The notes under the pieces are model-generated. The model saw only the letters and a program-made list of their open reading frames with translations, did not search any database and had not been told where the DNA came from. Below, piece after piece: positions 13,476-26,271 of a DNA stretch of 64,000 bases (positions are counted from its first letter, which is position 1; each line of letters begins with the position of its first letter). Position numbers and translations under genes: made by a program. The stretch is from Octopus bimaculoides. Its lineage: Eukaryota. Where the stretch lies: assembly GCF_001194135.2 (NCBI RefSeq), contig NC_068982.1:109511160-109575159 (forward strand), read 5' to 3'.

Positions 13476-13577
13476 CAATGGAATGTAACTGTGATCGAGC
13501 TGTAAAGATTTACCCTAGGCAGTCGACGTTTGCAACACCATCATTAAATGACACGAACAACAAACCAATAAATCGAG
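13476..13577 (+). CDS. RET: Probable RET-like stalk exon with extra CxC (phase 1 to 1, 102 nt)
   Basis: ttgttttgtAG|CAATGG...AATCGAG|gtaaga. Open in the required phase: (S)MECNCDRAVKIYPRQSTFATPSLNDTNNKPINR. Both splice sites are strong and the length is divisible by 3, but no human counterpart was recognised. Confidence 0.7.
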
Positions 13578-15884
13578 GTAAGAATACTATTGATTAGTGA
13601 TTAAGTTTTGCCTAAATTCTTTTTCTATAAAATAAACTATTTTGAATATTTGGCATATGTATGCGTTTGTAATGAATATGAATACGTTAAAACATGCATA
13701 CTGTCAACAATTCTTTGGAATATATTTGATGACGAAAATGCTTGCCATTGAAATTCTTCGTTGAAATTTAACATGAATAAGATTGTTGTTGCTTATACCA
13801 ACCGATGCCTAGTTTATTAAGGCAGTGTGCCTCTTTCGTGATTCTTTTACTCAATCAATAAATATCTTTATTTATTTGGTGTCCCTGAATATTTAGTCTC
13901 TTATACATTGGATTATATTTTTCCCATCAAGTTATACCGATTAAAGTTTCCTTTGCTTCCATAGAATTCAATAATTGCAAGAAATCATTAGACATGCTGA
14001 CTTAATCTATACATTTAATCAAACGAACCGAGAGACCTTTCATAAACTTAGTTACGTAATTTCTTCATATCATAAAGAATTTCAACTATTAAATATACTT
14101 AAAAGTATTTAATCGAACTTGGCGACTAAGTAGACACACGAAGAGAATCTGTAAACCATTATCATTATTTTTTGCTTCCTCCTCAGAAATAGGGTGTCCT
14201 CCTGCTCATTATTGCCTAAAGATTGGGAATCTACTTGCTTGAAAAATATTTCAGACTTAGATACAAAGCTTTTCAAAAAAGTTTCATATATATACGTTTC
14301 ACCTTATCTTCATGTTTTACAGTTACATTAGACTTGTGTACTACAATTTCTAATTTTAAAAGATGGTGCTAGCAGTAACTAAAGAACGTAAAGTCTTCTA
14401 TAGGGGATAACTCTTTGAGTCACCAACTGAAAAGTTCATAAATATTGATGATTATTTGCATCAGTACAAACTGGAGACTATCCCTACCGTCATGTGCATG
14501 CTTCGTTGCTATTCAACCAAACTTAGTCTTCATAACTAGTGTGAGAGGAAGGAAGAATAAAATAAATAAACATCAAAGTTTAGGCAAGAAAACAACTTAG
14601 ATAAAAAAATAAAAAGCGCCACATAAATATATATATATACAGTGTGAGAGTGGGAAGAGAATCATGAGGAGATAATGAAGAAATTCGTTAAATCCTAATG
14701 TAGAAACACAATTATGTTGTTTATGTTAGTATATTTTAAGGCCAATGTTAAACGAAGGTAATTCTCATAATAAAGTGTCATCTTTCTAACAAGAAGCTGC
14801 TCTTAGTTATTTCGGCGTATATCTTGCTTTTGATTTGGTATTTGTTTCTAAATCTAGATATGTTCCCTAACGGATTCAACAAGATAATTAACTATGGCAG
14901 CTAAATATGTATTTACATTAGGTTAGGTGATCTAGAAATTAGTCAAAGAACTCACACAGTGTTATACAAGCCTTCTACCTCTTCCATGGCGCAAAGGGAT
15001 ACTTATAGTTTGCCTCTGATGTGTATTAATGCATGCAAATAAGCTATTCATCCATCCTTTGCTGAAAGGGTATTTCTAATTCCCAAAGTAGTAATAGAAA
15101 CCATAGGTTTAATCACTAAATAGCATATCAACTAACAAAATACTCGCAATCTCATTCCTATGTGACCTTTTAATCCAATTACTAGAAGAGAAATACTTAA
15201 TAGGGAACTCAAAAGAGATGAGCTGTAACAAAAATGGCACCTATTTACAATTAACCAGACAAAGATGAAAAGAACTAAGTGTCTTGACACTGATGACAGA
15301 ATATTAAGTGTGACTGCCTACAAGAGTATTAAATATACTGATATATATATATATANNNNNNNNNNNNNNNNNNNNNNNNNNNNNNNNNNNNNNNNNNNNN
15401 NNNNNNNNNNNNNNNNNNNNNNNNNNNNNNNNNNNNNNNNNNNNNNNNNNNNNNNNNNNNNNNNNNNNNNNNNNNNNNNNNNNNNNNNNNNNNNNNNNNN
15501 NNNNNNNNNNNNNNNNNNNNNNNNNNNNNNNNNNNNNNNNNNNNNNNNNNNNNNNNNNNNNNNNNNNNNNNNNNNNNNNNNNNNNNNNNNNNNNNNNNTA
15601 TATATATATATATGGATAAATACATAAACAAACGCACAAGCACAAAACACACATACACACATATTTGTGTGTGTTTGTATACATGTGTATGTATTTATAT
15701 TTATATATACATGCATACACACACATACATACACACATTCATACATACATACATACGCAGGAATGTACGCGCGCACGCACGGCTACCAACATCTAAACAA
15801 TCGGATCACCGAGCTACAGAATGTAACCACGGTGCCAGTATAATAAAATCCGAACTGGGTAATAACAACTCTTTATTAATACTG

Positions 15885-16092
15885 GTTTCAAATTTTGGCA
15901 CAGTACTAGCAATTTGGGCGGAGCGGATAAGTCGATTATATCGACACCAGTGATCAACTGGTACTTATTTTCTCGACCCCGAGAGGATGGAAGGTAAAGT
16001 CGACTTCGCCGGAATTCGAATCCAGAACGTAAAGACGGACGAAATGCCGCTAAGCATTTTCCCCGACGTGCTAACGATAAGGCTCGCCGCCT
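15885..16092 (-). mobile_element. tRNA-derived SINE (family B)
   Basis: Same head, core and tail as the 6751-8062 copies. Confidence 0.9.
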
Positions 16093-16115
16093 TGAGTTCC
16101 TTATTAATATTATAT

Positions 16116-16625
16116 CTTCATCAACTACGAACGGCCATGCACCACCACCCACCGGATGGAGAAAGAGATATCGATCTGTCAAGTCCATCGGTATCCGGAC
16201 CGGGTGAGTTTTCTCGTGTTGAGTCAAATTAAGCCGCAGGTTCCACTTCTGGTAGTGCCCTTCCGTCAATTCCTTTAAGTTTCTGTTTTGCAACCATACA
16301 CCTCCCATCAGTATCATTTTCTGTCGGAATTACGACAGTATCTGATTGTCTTCGAACCTCCGATTTTCGCTCTTCCTCCTGCATGCCACCCGCTGTCGCT
16401 GCTGTGCGGCTTGCGACGATCCAAGATTTTCACGTCTAACGACGCAATATCGGTGGTTCCGGTCGCAATACCAGTGGTCCTGATAGATGACGAGGTCATT
16501 TTCCATCATTCGCATGCTTTTCGTATGCAAGCCGGCAGGGCTCGCTCTGAGCGCTCTAATTTTTTCAGTGAACGTACCAGCTGCTTCTGACATTCGGCGA
16601 AGTGCAACCGCGGAGGAACCGTGCG
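16116..16625 (-). pseudogene. Decayed 18S rRNA fragment (3' part of V4 through the helices after V5)
   Basis: ccgtcaattcctttaagttt (16263-16282) is the universal 926R-type SSU site. The minus strand reads GTATGGTTGCAAAACAGAAACTTAAAGGAATTGACGGAAGGGCAC...GCGGCTTAATTTGACTCAACACG...GGTGGTGGTGCATGGCCGTTC and GGAGGTTCGAAGAC-ATCAGATAC. It has substitutions at universal positions and an internal deletion. Confidence 0.92.
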
Positions 16626-16627
16626 GG

Positions 16628-16790
16628 CCGAAATTGCTGGCATCGTGCCAAAATTTGGAATGAATATTATAAACTGAAGCTGGTCAGATGGCAAAATCGT
16701 TACCACGCTGGGAAAAATATTTAGCGGCATTTCTTCCGAATTTCGACTCAGTTCAACTACCGCCAGATAAAAAAAGTACCAGTGGCATGT
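16628..16790 (+). mobile_element. Rearranged family B SINE fragments (a tail, then a truncated head), opposite orientation to 15885-16092
   Basis: gaaattgctggcatcgtgccaaaatttgga is the tail; ggcaaaatcgttaccacgctgggaaaaatatttagcggcatttc is the head. Confidence 0.7.
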
Positions 16791-17968
16791 TGGATTCGAT
16801 TTATTATGAAGATTTAGCATAGTTTATTTGCAAACGCGATCATAGAATATAACGTTTCTGTGTTTTAACTCTTCGCTTGAGAGTAGGGAAACGAGAGCTG
16901 AAACAGAAGTCGAAGGACTGATTAAGTGGGGCAAAGGATCCCTAAACAAGAGGGTGAGATATCAAGGAGGCGAACTGAATGAAGATGAAGGATTAACAAG
17001 TCGGACTTGAAGATTGATAGACATGTCACACAACTATGAAAAGTGATACAGTCAGGATAAGTTATTTTAGTGTGAAAAGAGTGGGCAGGACATTACATGC
17101 ATAAAATTCATTAGAAAGCGATAAATAAAGATACAATTACAATGATAGGTTTGAGCATTGTGAAAAGAAGAGAATGGAGTGACAGTATGGAGGCAAAAGT
17201 AAAAGAATAGGAATTCAGAGTGGGAAAATATACACGAACACGCAAATATATCCAAACACAGTTGCATACACAAAATGTCATATATTTTTGTGGTGTGTGT
17301 GTGTGTGTGTGTGTGTGTGCATTTCTGAGTATGCGTCTGCGCGCAAACGTGTGTGTACATTCGCACAGGCGTATTTACACACGGTTACTCTTATCGTGGC
17401 AAATAAACCTTACTAATGATCCAGATTTAACATTGAAAGAATCACAGCGATATTAATTCTCACTCCAATTAGAGAGACAACTGAATTAGCATAGAAAGTG
17501 TGTTGAGTCATCTATTTTGGTGAAGTGAATAATATCATAAGTGATCTGAGTATGTCTCTGTAGCCAACTCATATTAGCCGGAACGAATACCTGACGCACG
17601 CTACCGCAAGAGACTACTTTACTGCAAACTGGCGGAAGGTAAGCAGACGCAAGATGGAACGATTGAATAGTTATCTATATATCTAAATATAATTTTATTG
17701 CATATTATCGTCAAATACCTGCAAATGTAAGTAAAGACATAAGTTAAATATTGAGGGACAATTATTGTCAAGCAAATACATTTAAACAAGCTAGAAGTCA
17801 ATTTAAAGTGTGTGAGAAAGAGGAACAAGTGGTCATCTGTGTATAGATGACTATTTTTATTATTCCTAGTGTCTATTTCGGAGGTGAAGTAGAATAAACA
17901 ATAACCGAAATTGCAATGTTTAAGTCCAAGTTTGTTTAAACTTTTAAAGTAAAGCAATTATTTACAGC

Positions 17969-18028
<60 letters not shown>

Positions 18029-18539
18029 ATTATTTTTTACTCTAAAAGAATTAATAGCATCTGGTTGTATTATCGAAGATATTGTGAAAAGTCTTGATAT
18101 TTAGGTGCACATGTAACCACTCATGAAAACGTGTTCCCAAGCTCTATCATTTCCCTTCGGCAAATGATTTTTATTGTGATCTTCACTTGGCCAACGACTT
18201 ACGGATAGTATGCAGAAGCTCATCTATACGCCTGTGTTTATGTCTGTTTATGTTTACTGTTCAAACGGCATACTAATCCCGTCAAATCAAAACGCTAACA
18301 ATAAATAGATCGGTAAAATTGTATCAGACTATAATAAATACTAGAGTGGATAAATCAACCAAAACACTTGAAAAAAAGTGCCTAAAATGGCTACTGTTTA
18401 AGGATAATTGCTGAAACACTGCTTGATTTAATCAAAGTATTTTTCGCTGATACAGGGATGCAATTAGCCCAAAAAAAATGCTCATATTTAGCAACTGAAC
18501 GGAGAAATATTGTCTCTGCATCAATGGTTTCTCTATCTA

Positions 18540-18622
18540 CCCCATTGATTCATTCGACTAAGATTCTTCAAGGCGGTGCCCCAGCATGAACGCAGTATAA
18601 TGACTGAAACAGGTAAAAGATC
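18540..18622 (+). mobile_element. SINE family C 3' tail
   Basis: cttcaaggcggtgccccagcatgaacgcagtataatgactgaaacaggtaaaaga matches the tails at 43920-44350 (minus). Confidence 0.7.
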
Positions 18623-18675
18623 TGTTTCAAAATCAACGAGAAGGGGAATATTTATGGACAGCTGCTTTGAAATCT

Positions 18676-18915
18676 TCAGCTCTTGTCCTTGTTAATTTTT
18701 GTCCCTGCCACTGCCTCGTATCCTTTGATAGCATCCTCAACACAAGGTAGCTGAGCTTCATCAGACGCGGTGATGGTGACGTCATCTGCACATGCAGAAA
18801 CAGACTTACCACATCCCAGTTCATTGGGGATGCCCCCCAAACTCTCCAACCTCCGTAGCAATAGCTCAAAAGCCAGTACATACTGAAAGAGAGACAGGTG
18901 GCACCTCTGATGAGT
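18676..18915 (-). mobile_element. L1/Tx1-clade reverse transcriptase fragment
   Basis: LRRLESLGGIP...SACADDVTITASD...YEAVAGTKINKDKS; the YADD motif is altered to CADD. Confidence 0.75.
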
Positions 18916-19851
18916 ACATATATTTCAAACAAACACACAGTCGCTGATTTGCAACAAGCAAAAATGTTAGTTTAAAATCTCTGTAAGAGATCAACGCAAT
19001 AGTTGTACTGATAAGTAATATTCGTAGCCACTTTAACATGGCTATCCTTTCGAACGGACTCTACTGCGATTTTTTACCCCAAGAAGACATCTCCTCTAGC
19101 TGGTTAACGATGCACAGCTGCATCCTATAAAATTGCGAGCAGGTGGAGCGAACCCCTACTTTCCGACAATTCATTATGTTGTTAGTGTCAAAATCCTAGT
19201 AATGGAGCTCCTGTTTCTTACAAAGCATCTCTCTCATTCTAGGAGAGATACATACATAGCTACTACATATGCTCACCAGTAAATATATTTTGAATAAAGA
19301 AACTTTAAAATCAATATTATTGATATATTTACTGATTCTGAATCAAGCGAGAACATAGATAGACAGATCGACAGACGGACGAACGGACGGACGGACGCAA
19401 GGATGGATGGGGCGGGGAGAGAAATACATAACGTCAGTATAACAAAATATGAGCAATCTCAATTCATGATTCTGATTTGGTCTGTTAATTTTTATTTCAG
19501 AGTTATGAGAAGCAAGCTTGTCGCTTGGCTAAAAATTCTCTCCTCTCCTCTGGAAAATACCATAATAAATGCCATTGAGAGCAGAAAAGAGCAAAATATA
19601 TAATATACATACTCACATATACATACACATATGACATAACCTGATACATTGTCTTTCTTTCATTGGAAATATATTGCTACATTAGGGATTTGATTCGCTG
19701 AGAATACTTTCAATACACGATGAAAAGAAAGGTAAACATCACTTTCTGTGTGGCAATACACTTAATAACTTCCTTCGTAACATGAACTTGAGTATTATTC
19801 AGATTTATCCTAGTGGCATTTACTGTAATTTTAAAACTACATTGATAATTT

Positions 19852-20150
19852 AGTTCTATATTTAAGAGTTGAGGAATTATGTACATTATTTACATTATTT
19901 ACAATTGACGGATATTTGTCCTCATCTTGTTTGTTGTTAACACAACGTTTCGGCTGATATACCCTCCAGCCTTCATTAGGTGTCTTGGGTAAATTTCAAA
20001 CTTGGGTTCTCATTACTAAGGTATTTTTCGATGTTGTTGTTGTTATTATTATCATTATTATTATTAGTAGTATTATTATTCAGGTCACTTCCTGGAATCG
20101 AACTCAGAATCTTGGGGTTAGTAGGCCGCGCTCTGAACCACTACGCCATA
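19852..20150 (-). mobile_element. tRNA-headed SINE (family D) with internal (AAT)n and a hammerhead-like 3' module
   Basis: Minus strand: A box TGGCGTAGTGG, B box GAGTTCGATTCC, then (AAT)n, then GACAC-CTAATGA-A-GGCTG(N10)CAGCC-GAAA-CGTT-GTGTT. Confidence 0.8.
19939..19984 (-). ncRNA. Type I minimal hammerhead ribozyme-like motif, this copy with a G5A core mutation
   Basis: Helix I GACAC/GTGTT; core CTAATGA (canonical CTGATGA); helix II GGCTG/CAGCC; GAAA; palindromic ACGT helix III; GUU cleavage triplet. Confidence 0.6.
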
Positions 20151-20283
20151 TGTTTTAGGTAGTGAATTGAGACTACAAACACTACTTCAGTGTTTTTGCG
20201 ATGACCTTGCATGACACAATCAGCGGGCTCTGCCCAGGGTTATGTATCCTTAGCTACGAATAAATAGGCTCACTTCATTGTGA

Positions 20284-20340
20284 AAGGAGTAAACTTTATA
20301 GTAAGGAGTAAACTTTATATTAAGGAGTAAACTTTATACT
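20284..20340 (+). repeat. 19-bp minisatellite x3
   Basis: aaggagtaaactttata(g/t/c)t repeated three times. Confidence 0.9.
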
Positions 20341-23300
20341 AAATCCTGTTTGGTGGCAGTTTCGTGTTCGACTCAATACTCTTTCAAAATCTCCTGAAGT
20401 ATGTTTGACATCATACGGCCCTGCACGAGGCTGAGAGTAGGAAATTTCTAGTATCTGAGCAACCCACAATTCCCAGACACCCAGTTCGAGCATGAACCAT
20501 GGAAAAGTACTTCAATATCGGGACAAAAGATGGGTGTCTTCCAGTGTTGGGCAAGTGCTTAAATCCTGTTACAAAACTTTATTATCTTTTGAGGCAGAAG
20601 GGGGGGGGCAAAGAACGAAGAATACTGCTGCTATTAAAACATGTAAGGGGGAATCTTAAGAAAAAAGCATTACACTGCTGACTATCATATTTCAGTTGTA
20701 ATCGGGAAACATTTTTGCCGTCCCATATTTGAACTTTGTACGCTATCATTAGGATGATGTTAAATGGGAGGAAGAACTGTGCGTAGCAATTAGGGCAGCA
20801 CTTGGAAGGTGGGAGCAACAAGGGTGACAAGAGTGGAAAGAGAGTGAGTCGGGACTACTTGAGTGGAGGAGGTTCCAGACCAGCCACATCGGATGATCAG
20901 AGGCCATTAAGTATTGTATCGGAATCGGATTATATAACTGTAGTAGATACACTATAATAGTTGGCCCGCTATCCAAGTTTTTACTTGAGTTTATATACAA
21001 TTATAAAACGTTGGTTTGATTTGAAACGAATGTCTATAACAAAGTAAGATCTGTAAAATAGCAGTGAGACTTCCGCACTACCTTTGAGGTAAAAACAGAA
21101 AATTATCGATTCAAAATTTTCTACAGTGAATTATTAATACTATTTTTGCGAAATATCAACGATTGTCACTTAAAAATTATCATACAGTGTCATTTATGGA
21201 AACGAAATTAGAAACAGTAGCAAGACGTCAAACATCTAATATATCTTTAAAATATTGCTCTGAAAATATGAGAAACCGGATACGATGCTACGAGCAATCT
21301 ACAAAGGTCTTTTAGTGTTTCACTATCTTTTTCGATTGAATACAAAGACAGATAAAATAATAAACGGGGTATCGAGTATAAACATACTACAATTTAATGA
21401 GGGTATAATTAACGTAAATTAGATATGTTTGTCAATTTCAGTAAGTGTAAGATGCTACAAGGTGATGATTGTATGGAGTCATAATAAATTCTCTGAAGAC
21501 ACAATTAAATCCTGATACGTGAAAATTATACTTGAAGAAAGAAACAGACACCTACATGCACCACATGTATACATAAAAACACGCACGCACACAAGTATAC
21601 TTAGATACAATCATACCTACCTACCTACACACGCGCACACATACACACACATGTACATGGTGCAGACATGTGTCTGTCTCTTCAGCTTTTAATTTCATTT
21701 ACAAGGATACATCAAAATACATGCATATGTGCGTGCAAGCGCGCATGTATCTATAATTGCAAACAGATGATCTTGTATACTGTGAATATATGAATAATGA
21801 AACAGAAGGGAATTTCAAATATATATATATATATATTTTTCATTACTACCAAAAAAAATAATCTAGGATAAAACAGAGAGTAAGTATTGAAAGCTTCAAT
21901 ATCTTACATTCTTGACTTTATTTGAATTTGGGCATAACTGAAAAGGAAAACAAATACTGAGAATTTTACTTCTTCATAGGGGATTTAAAACAATACATAA
22001 TTATTGATCTTTTATGCTCATTGCATTTTTTGACACACTATCTTCATCTACTTAAGTGAACTAGATGTTAGTAAATGAAGGCTAGAATACAAGACAAATA
22101 ATTCTGTTGATGCTTCTTCAAAGTCTTTCTCATATGGGTTACCAACCCCTTACTAACTAATATTCAGATTGTTAAATATACACGCGCATATAGACACATA
22201 GTCACACACATGCACACCCACCCTCACATACAGACACATAAATCTATAGGAGATATGGCAGTAAAACATTTTCTGGATCATACTTAATTTGGAGTTAAAT
22301 GGTAATCGTAAATGTTGACATGTCTGTAAAATAGACACTGCCTGAATTTGTATAATGTTGATCTAGTATGCTTTCATGAACAAATCACGTACCTCTTAGT
22401 GACACAGTCAAAGCAACTGGAGGTATTTCTTGCGAGAGAAAGCACTAACCACTCAAAAGAGCAGGAGCTGGAAATTTTCAACAGATACGACGGCTTCTTT
22501 AGTTTCAATTGGGGTTTGCGAATGCTTCTGTGGTTGTTGCTCGGTTAGAAAAAGATTCTTAATGTATGATGTGTTTCACATACACTACATGAAACAAATT
22601 ACTGCAATTAACATTCTAATTTCGAAATGAGCTATGGGGATTACCACAGTATCAATGTACTAATGTATACAAACACATACACATGCACGCAAGGGTATAC
22701 ACACACATGACTTTCACAAAATATAAGCTTAGCTTTCACATGATACTTAACTAGCCTTAAATTTTTCACTCGTTTTATGCTTCACTTGTTCAGTTTTAAA
22801 TTGACGTAATTTATCCAACTGTACCAAATTATTGACATAATTTGGCCAAGTTCGTCCTCTACATTGAGCCTTCATTATACGCAACCTTTAATTATATCTT
22901 TGATGTTAATAATTTTACCCATGAAATTTCTCTCTGTCTGTCTGTCTCTCTCTCACTCACTGACTCTTATACTTGGTATCTAAACTAAGTTGGAAAAGTG
23001 AAAATTGTTGTAAGCTATCATTGATTTATTGCCTGAAAAATAAAGTCCCCACCTTAAATTGCAAATAGTAGCCAATTGAAGGTAAGTTATCTGATAGCAA
23101 TAATTTGACACGCACTGTATCTAGTGACATGTAATTACTTAATAGAGATCGCTAGAAAAGATTCACTTGAGAAATACCTTTTATAGGTAGGAGTCAATCT
23201 TATCAACAGATTGACATATGGATAAACTGAGATAATCGCCATGACGTCTCAATCAACCTCTTGACTAATGTTTGTTTGTGCGTATATATGAATATATGTT

Positions 23301-23399
23301 TATTGCGTGTACCTTTTTTCCAGAAAGTATCAATGTACGTTAGTGTATTTATATTAGTAAATTTACACGTACACATTCCTCCCTTTTTTTTATTTGGTT

Positions 23400-24560
23400 A
23401 AGAGGAAAGGGCTAGGACTATCATCTTTGCAATCCCTGTGTGCCCGTGAGATCGATGAGGTTAATGTTTCTGTAGAAAACTCGCAAGGTTATTCTGAAGA
23501 AAAATATATGCAGACTTGGAGGTTCGAGGAGGTGTCTGAGAATGACAGACTGGGTTTAGTGGCTAGTGTAGGGCCATTGAAAATGGCGCTGTTTGAGTGT
23601 TTGACAGAAGAGTGAGAGATGAAAAATTCGAGTAACATAAGACTATCTAGATCACTGTGACTGGTCAAAACACACAGAAAAGACAATGTATTATTTGCAG
23701 GCCAATGGTAAAAGTCTTTTGTTGAGAAGTTTCATACCCATCAGTGGAGTGACCTTCCTTTCGTTGCAAACTAGAAAGCCTGTGTATTTAGCAACATCAT
23801 CACTCGCAGATGTGAGAGTATAACTCTATTGTGGATCTCACTTGAGATTTATGGCGGGCGTGTAGCTGTTGAACGGAAACATGTCTTTGTGATGCAGTGT
23901 ACACTAATTAGAGGATCTCCGTTCGTCAAGAGAGAGCTTCAGTGAGGATGAAAGCTAGGATTAATAGCGACAGGGATGGTTCTATTTGCTTACATGTTTT
24001 CACTTTGTTGTCGGATAATCTCGAGGACTTCTTTCATAAATTCTGCACAGATATGGCGTGGTTTGATTCCATTGCATGTAGATATCGCTTGTATGCAGAA
24101 GATTAGGAATGGATGAAGAAGGATATCCTTTTCGTAGAAGTTGGCGTTCTTAAAAATAATGGTAAGTTTATCGCTACTGAAGAAGGGAAGGATAGTACAA
24201 GAAAAGTCCAATAGTGAGAGCTCTATGATCATTCACCGCGATAGTGCGATTTGACTGGACACCAACAATCCAAGAGAAGAGAAACGGGTGAATCTAATGG
24301 AAATTTTTGCCAGAAGATTCATATGCTAGACAAGGTTGAAATATTACTGACGTAAATTTCTCTAGGTCATAAATCAATTGTTGTTGGCGAAATTTAATGT
24401 TACTGGCTGTTTTCATCACTTTTGTCTTGCTGAAAGTGACTGTATTGACAGTAGTTGACAGTAGCAGTCTGTTTGTCCTTTGGTAATAGGACTTCCAGTA
24501 GCACCCTTTCAAAGATCGGATAACATATGGAGATAGATAGATAGATAGATNNNNNNNNNN

Positions 24561-24607
<47 letters not shown>

Positions 24608-25100
24608 TTTGACAGTTTGACACTGATTATGACTAATGGAAGAGGCATTGCCATAGCCAGTGGTCTTGTTGATTTGATAAAACCGGAAATGCTTTCGCAC
24701 TTGCCGTGTAGGCGTACGAGTAGTATCTTTGGAGAGTAGAAGGAATGTGGCATTCTGGAGAGGGTTCTATTATAGCGAAACACAAAAACGGAACATTATT
24801 CGTGTAAGAATTTTCATGGCTGAGAAATAGAAGGATAGATACCACAAAGTCTAGAAATTATTTTGGTAAAAATTCATATTTGGTTACAGCTTGGGAGATG
24901 GAAGGGCTTGTGTGTTGTGCGATGCACTAAGTCATCCTGTCACCAAGTAGTTGCAGTGCTGTGTAAAAGACATCAAGTTTGTAGAGGTGAGTGCTTTTTT
25001 AAAGCATGTAGGCGTTGCTGTTTGAATAAACTGCTGTCGAGCAGCTATATGTGAACCACTTGTAAGCTTAGGGTGGCGTGTCTTGTGTGTAAAGCTATTT
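23400..25100 (-). mobile_element. Decayed Penelope-like element (RT and thumb region), interrupted by a (GATA)/(GA) microsatellite
   Basis: Minus-strand fragments PLAMAMPLPLV (cf. GxAMGSPLSP), HRALTI, and RQLLRKGYP (cf. thumb NGYP). Boundaries are approximate. Confidence 0.5.
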
Positions 25101-26271
25101 CTGATGGATCATATGGGTTATGGGCAAAGTAGATGTGCTGTCAAGGATAGTAAGCGTACAACTAGCGGATTGAATGAAATACACGCGTGCGCATATATAT
25201 GCAAGTGTGTGTCTGTGTGTGTGCGTATGTGTTATAACTTGCGATATTGATTAGATGCATTACATTTATATAATGACGTTATACTTTTATAGTTATATTT
25301 CTATTGAGGCAATTTTATTAAATTCAGTAGACATGTTATGAAAGATAATAAACAAACTGATTATTTAGTTCATTTAAAAAAAAAATAAAACTCTTATTAC
25401 TGATTGTCTTATACAGCTGAAACTGAGTGGGTTACAAATATCTGGCATTACTGCATTTCTAAGTAGCAGATTGACATTATTACTGTAAAACACTTCCAAC
25501 TACTTCGCATGACAAAACGTGAGTGTACTCTTCCCGCACACACACAATCAAGGTAGGCTAGCACTGAAACAACCAGGAACTGTATGGGTTTTATACTCGG
25601 CTCTCTTAAACTCCATATCGAAAGGGAAGACAATGTTGAATGGGATTAATTTGAATGAAACACATTGCCCTTCAGAATGTTTTTTTTTTTTGTCTTTCCA
25701 GTTTTAGGGGATGTTTGACAATCTTGCTACAGGTGTCGGGTGCCAATTCTTCCTATTGTAAATATAGTCGACTTTTTGAATGCCTGTCTTTCCGATAAAC
25801 TTGCATTCATTTTATGCTTCTATTTCAAATATTTCGAAAGATTCACTCCGTCTTCAAAAACCGAAAACAGATCTTTCTATTATATAATATAGGAGAATTG
25901 ATATACATGCCTACACACCACACACACATACAAACATATACATAAGTGTATGTTTGTGTATAAACATGTCCACACACACGCACACACATGTGTTATTGAT
26001 AGGATCAACAGAAAAGTACTCCAGCCACTGAGAGATAAATATCATTTAATGCACACAAGGCATTAATAATAACTCGTATTTGTATCCTACATATTAAATT
26101 ACAACTGTAATCTTTGTGCTCCCGCCATCGCCATTATCTGTTCACCAATACATCAACCTATTCCTCAAAAAAGGAGACATGAAAAAAATCGTCAAATTCT
26201 GCCCGAACTGCGTGTGTTTGTGTTTGTGTTATGAACGTCCACAGCTATCTGTTGACAAACAGTGTTGGTGT

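Noticed and set aside
16116-16625. Functional rRNA gene or rDNA array
   Set aside because: Partial, deleted, mutated at universal sites, and no ITS or 28S nearby.
17564-17638. 75-nt segment with good splice sites (ctgtAG ... AAG|gtaagc)
   Set aside because: It has a stop (TAG) in the phase required by the RET frame; at most a poison exon, and unsupported.
20284-20340. CRISPR-like array (also 45247-45298)
   Set aside because: Contiguous tandem units with no spacers, in a eukaryotic intron.
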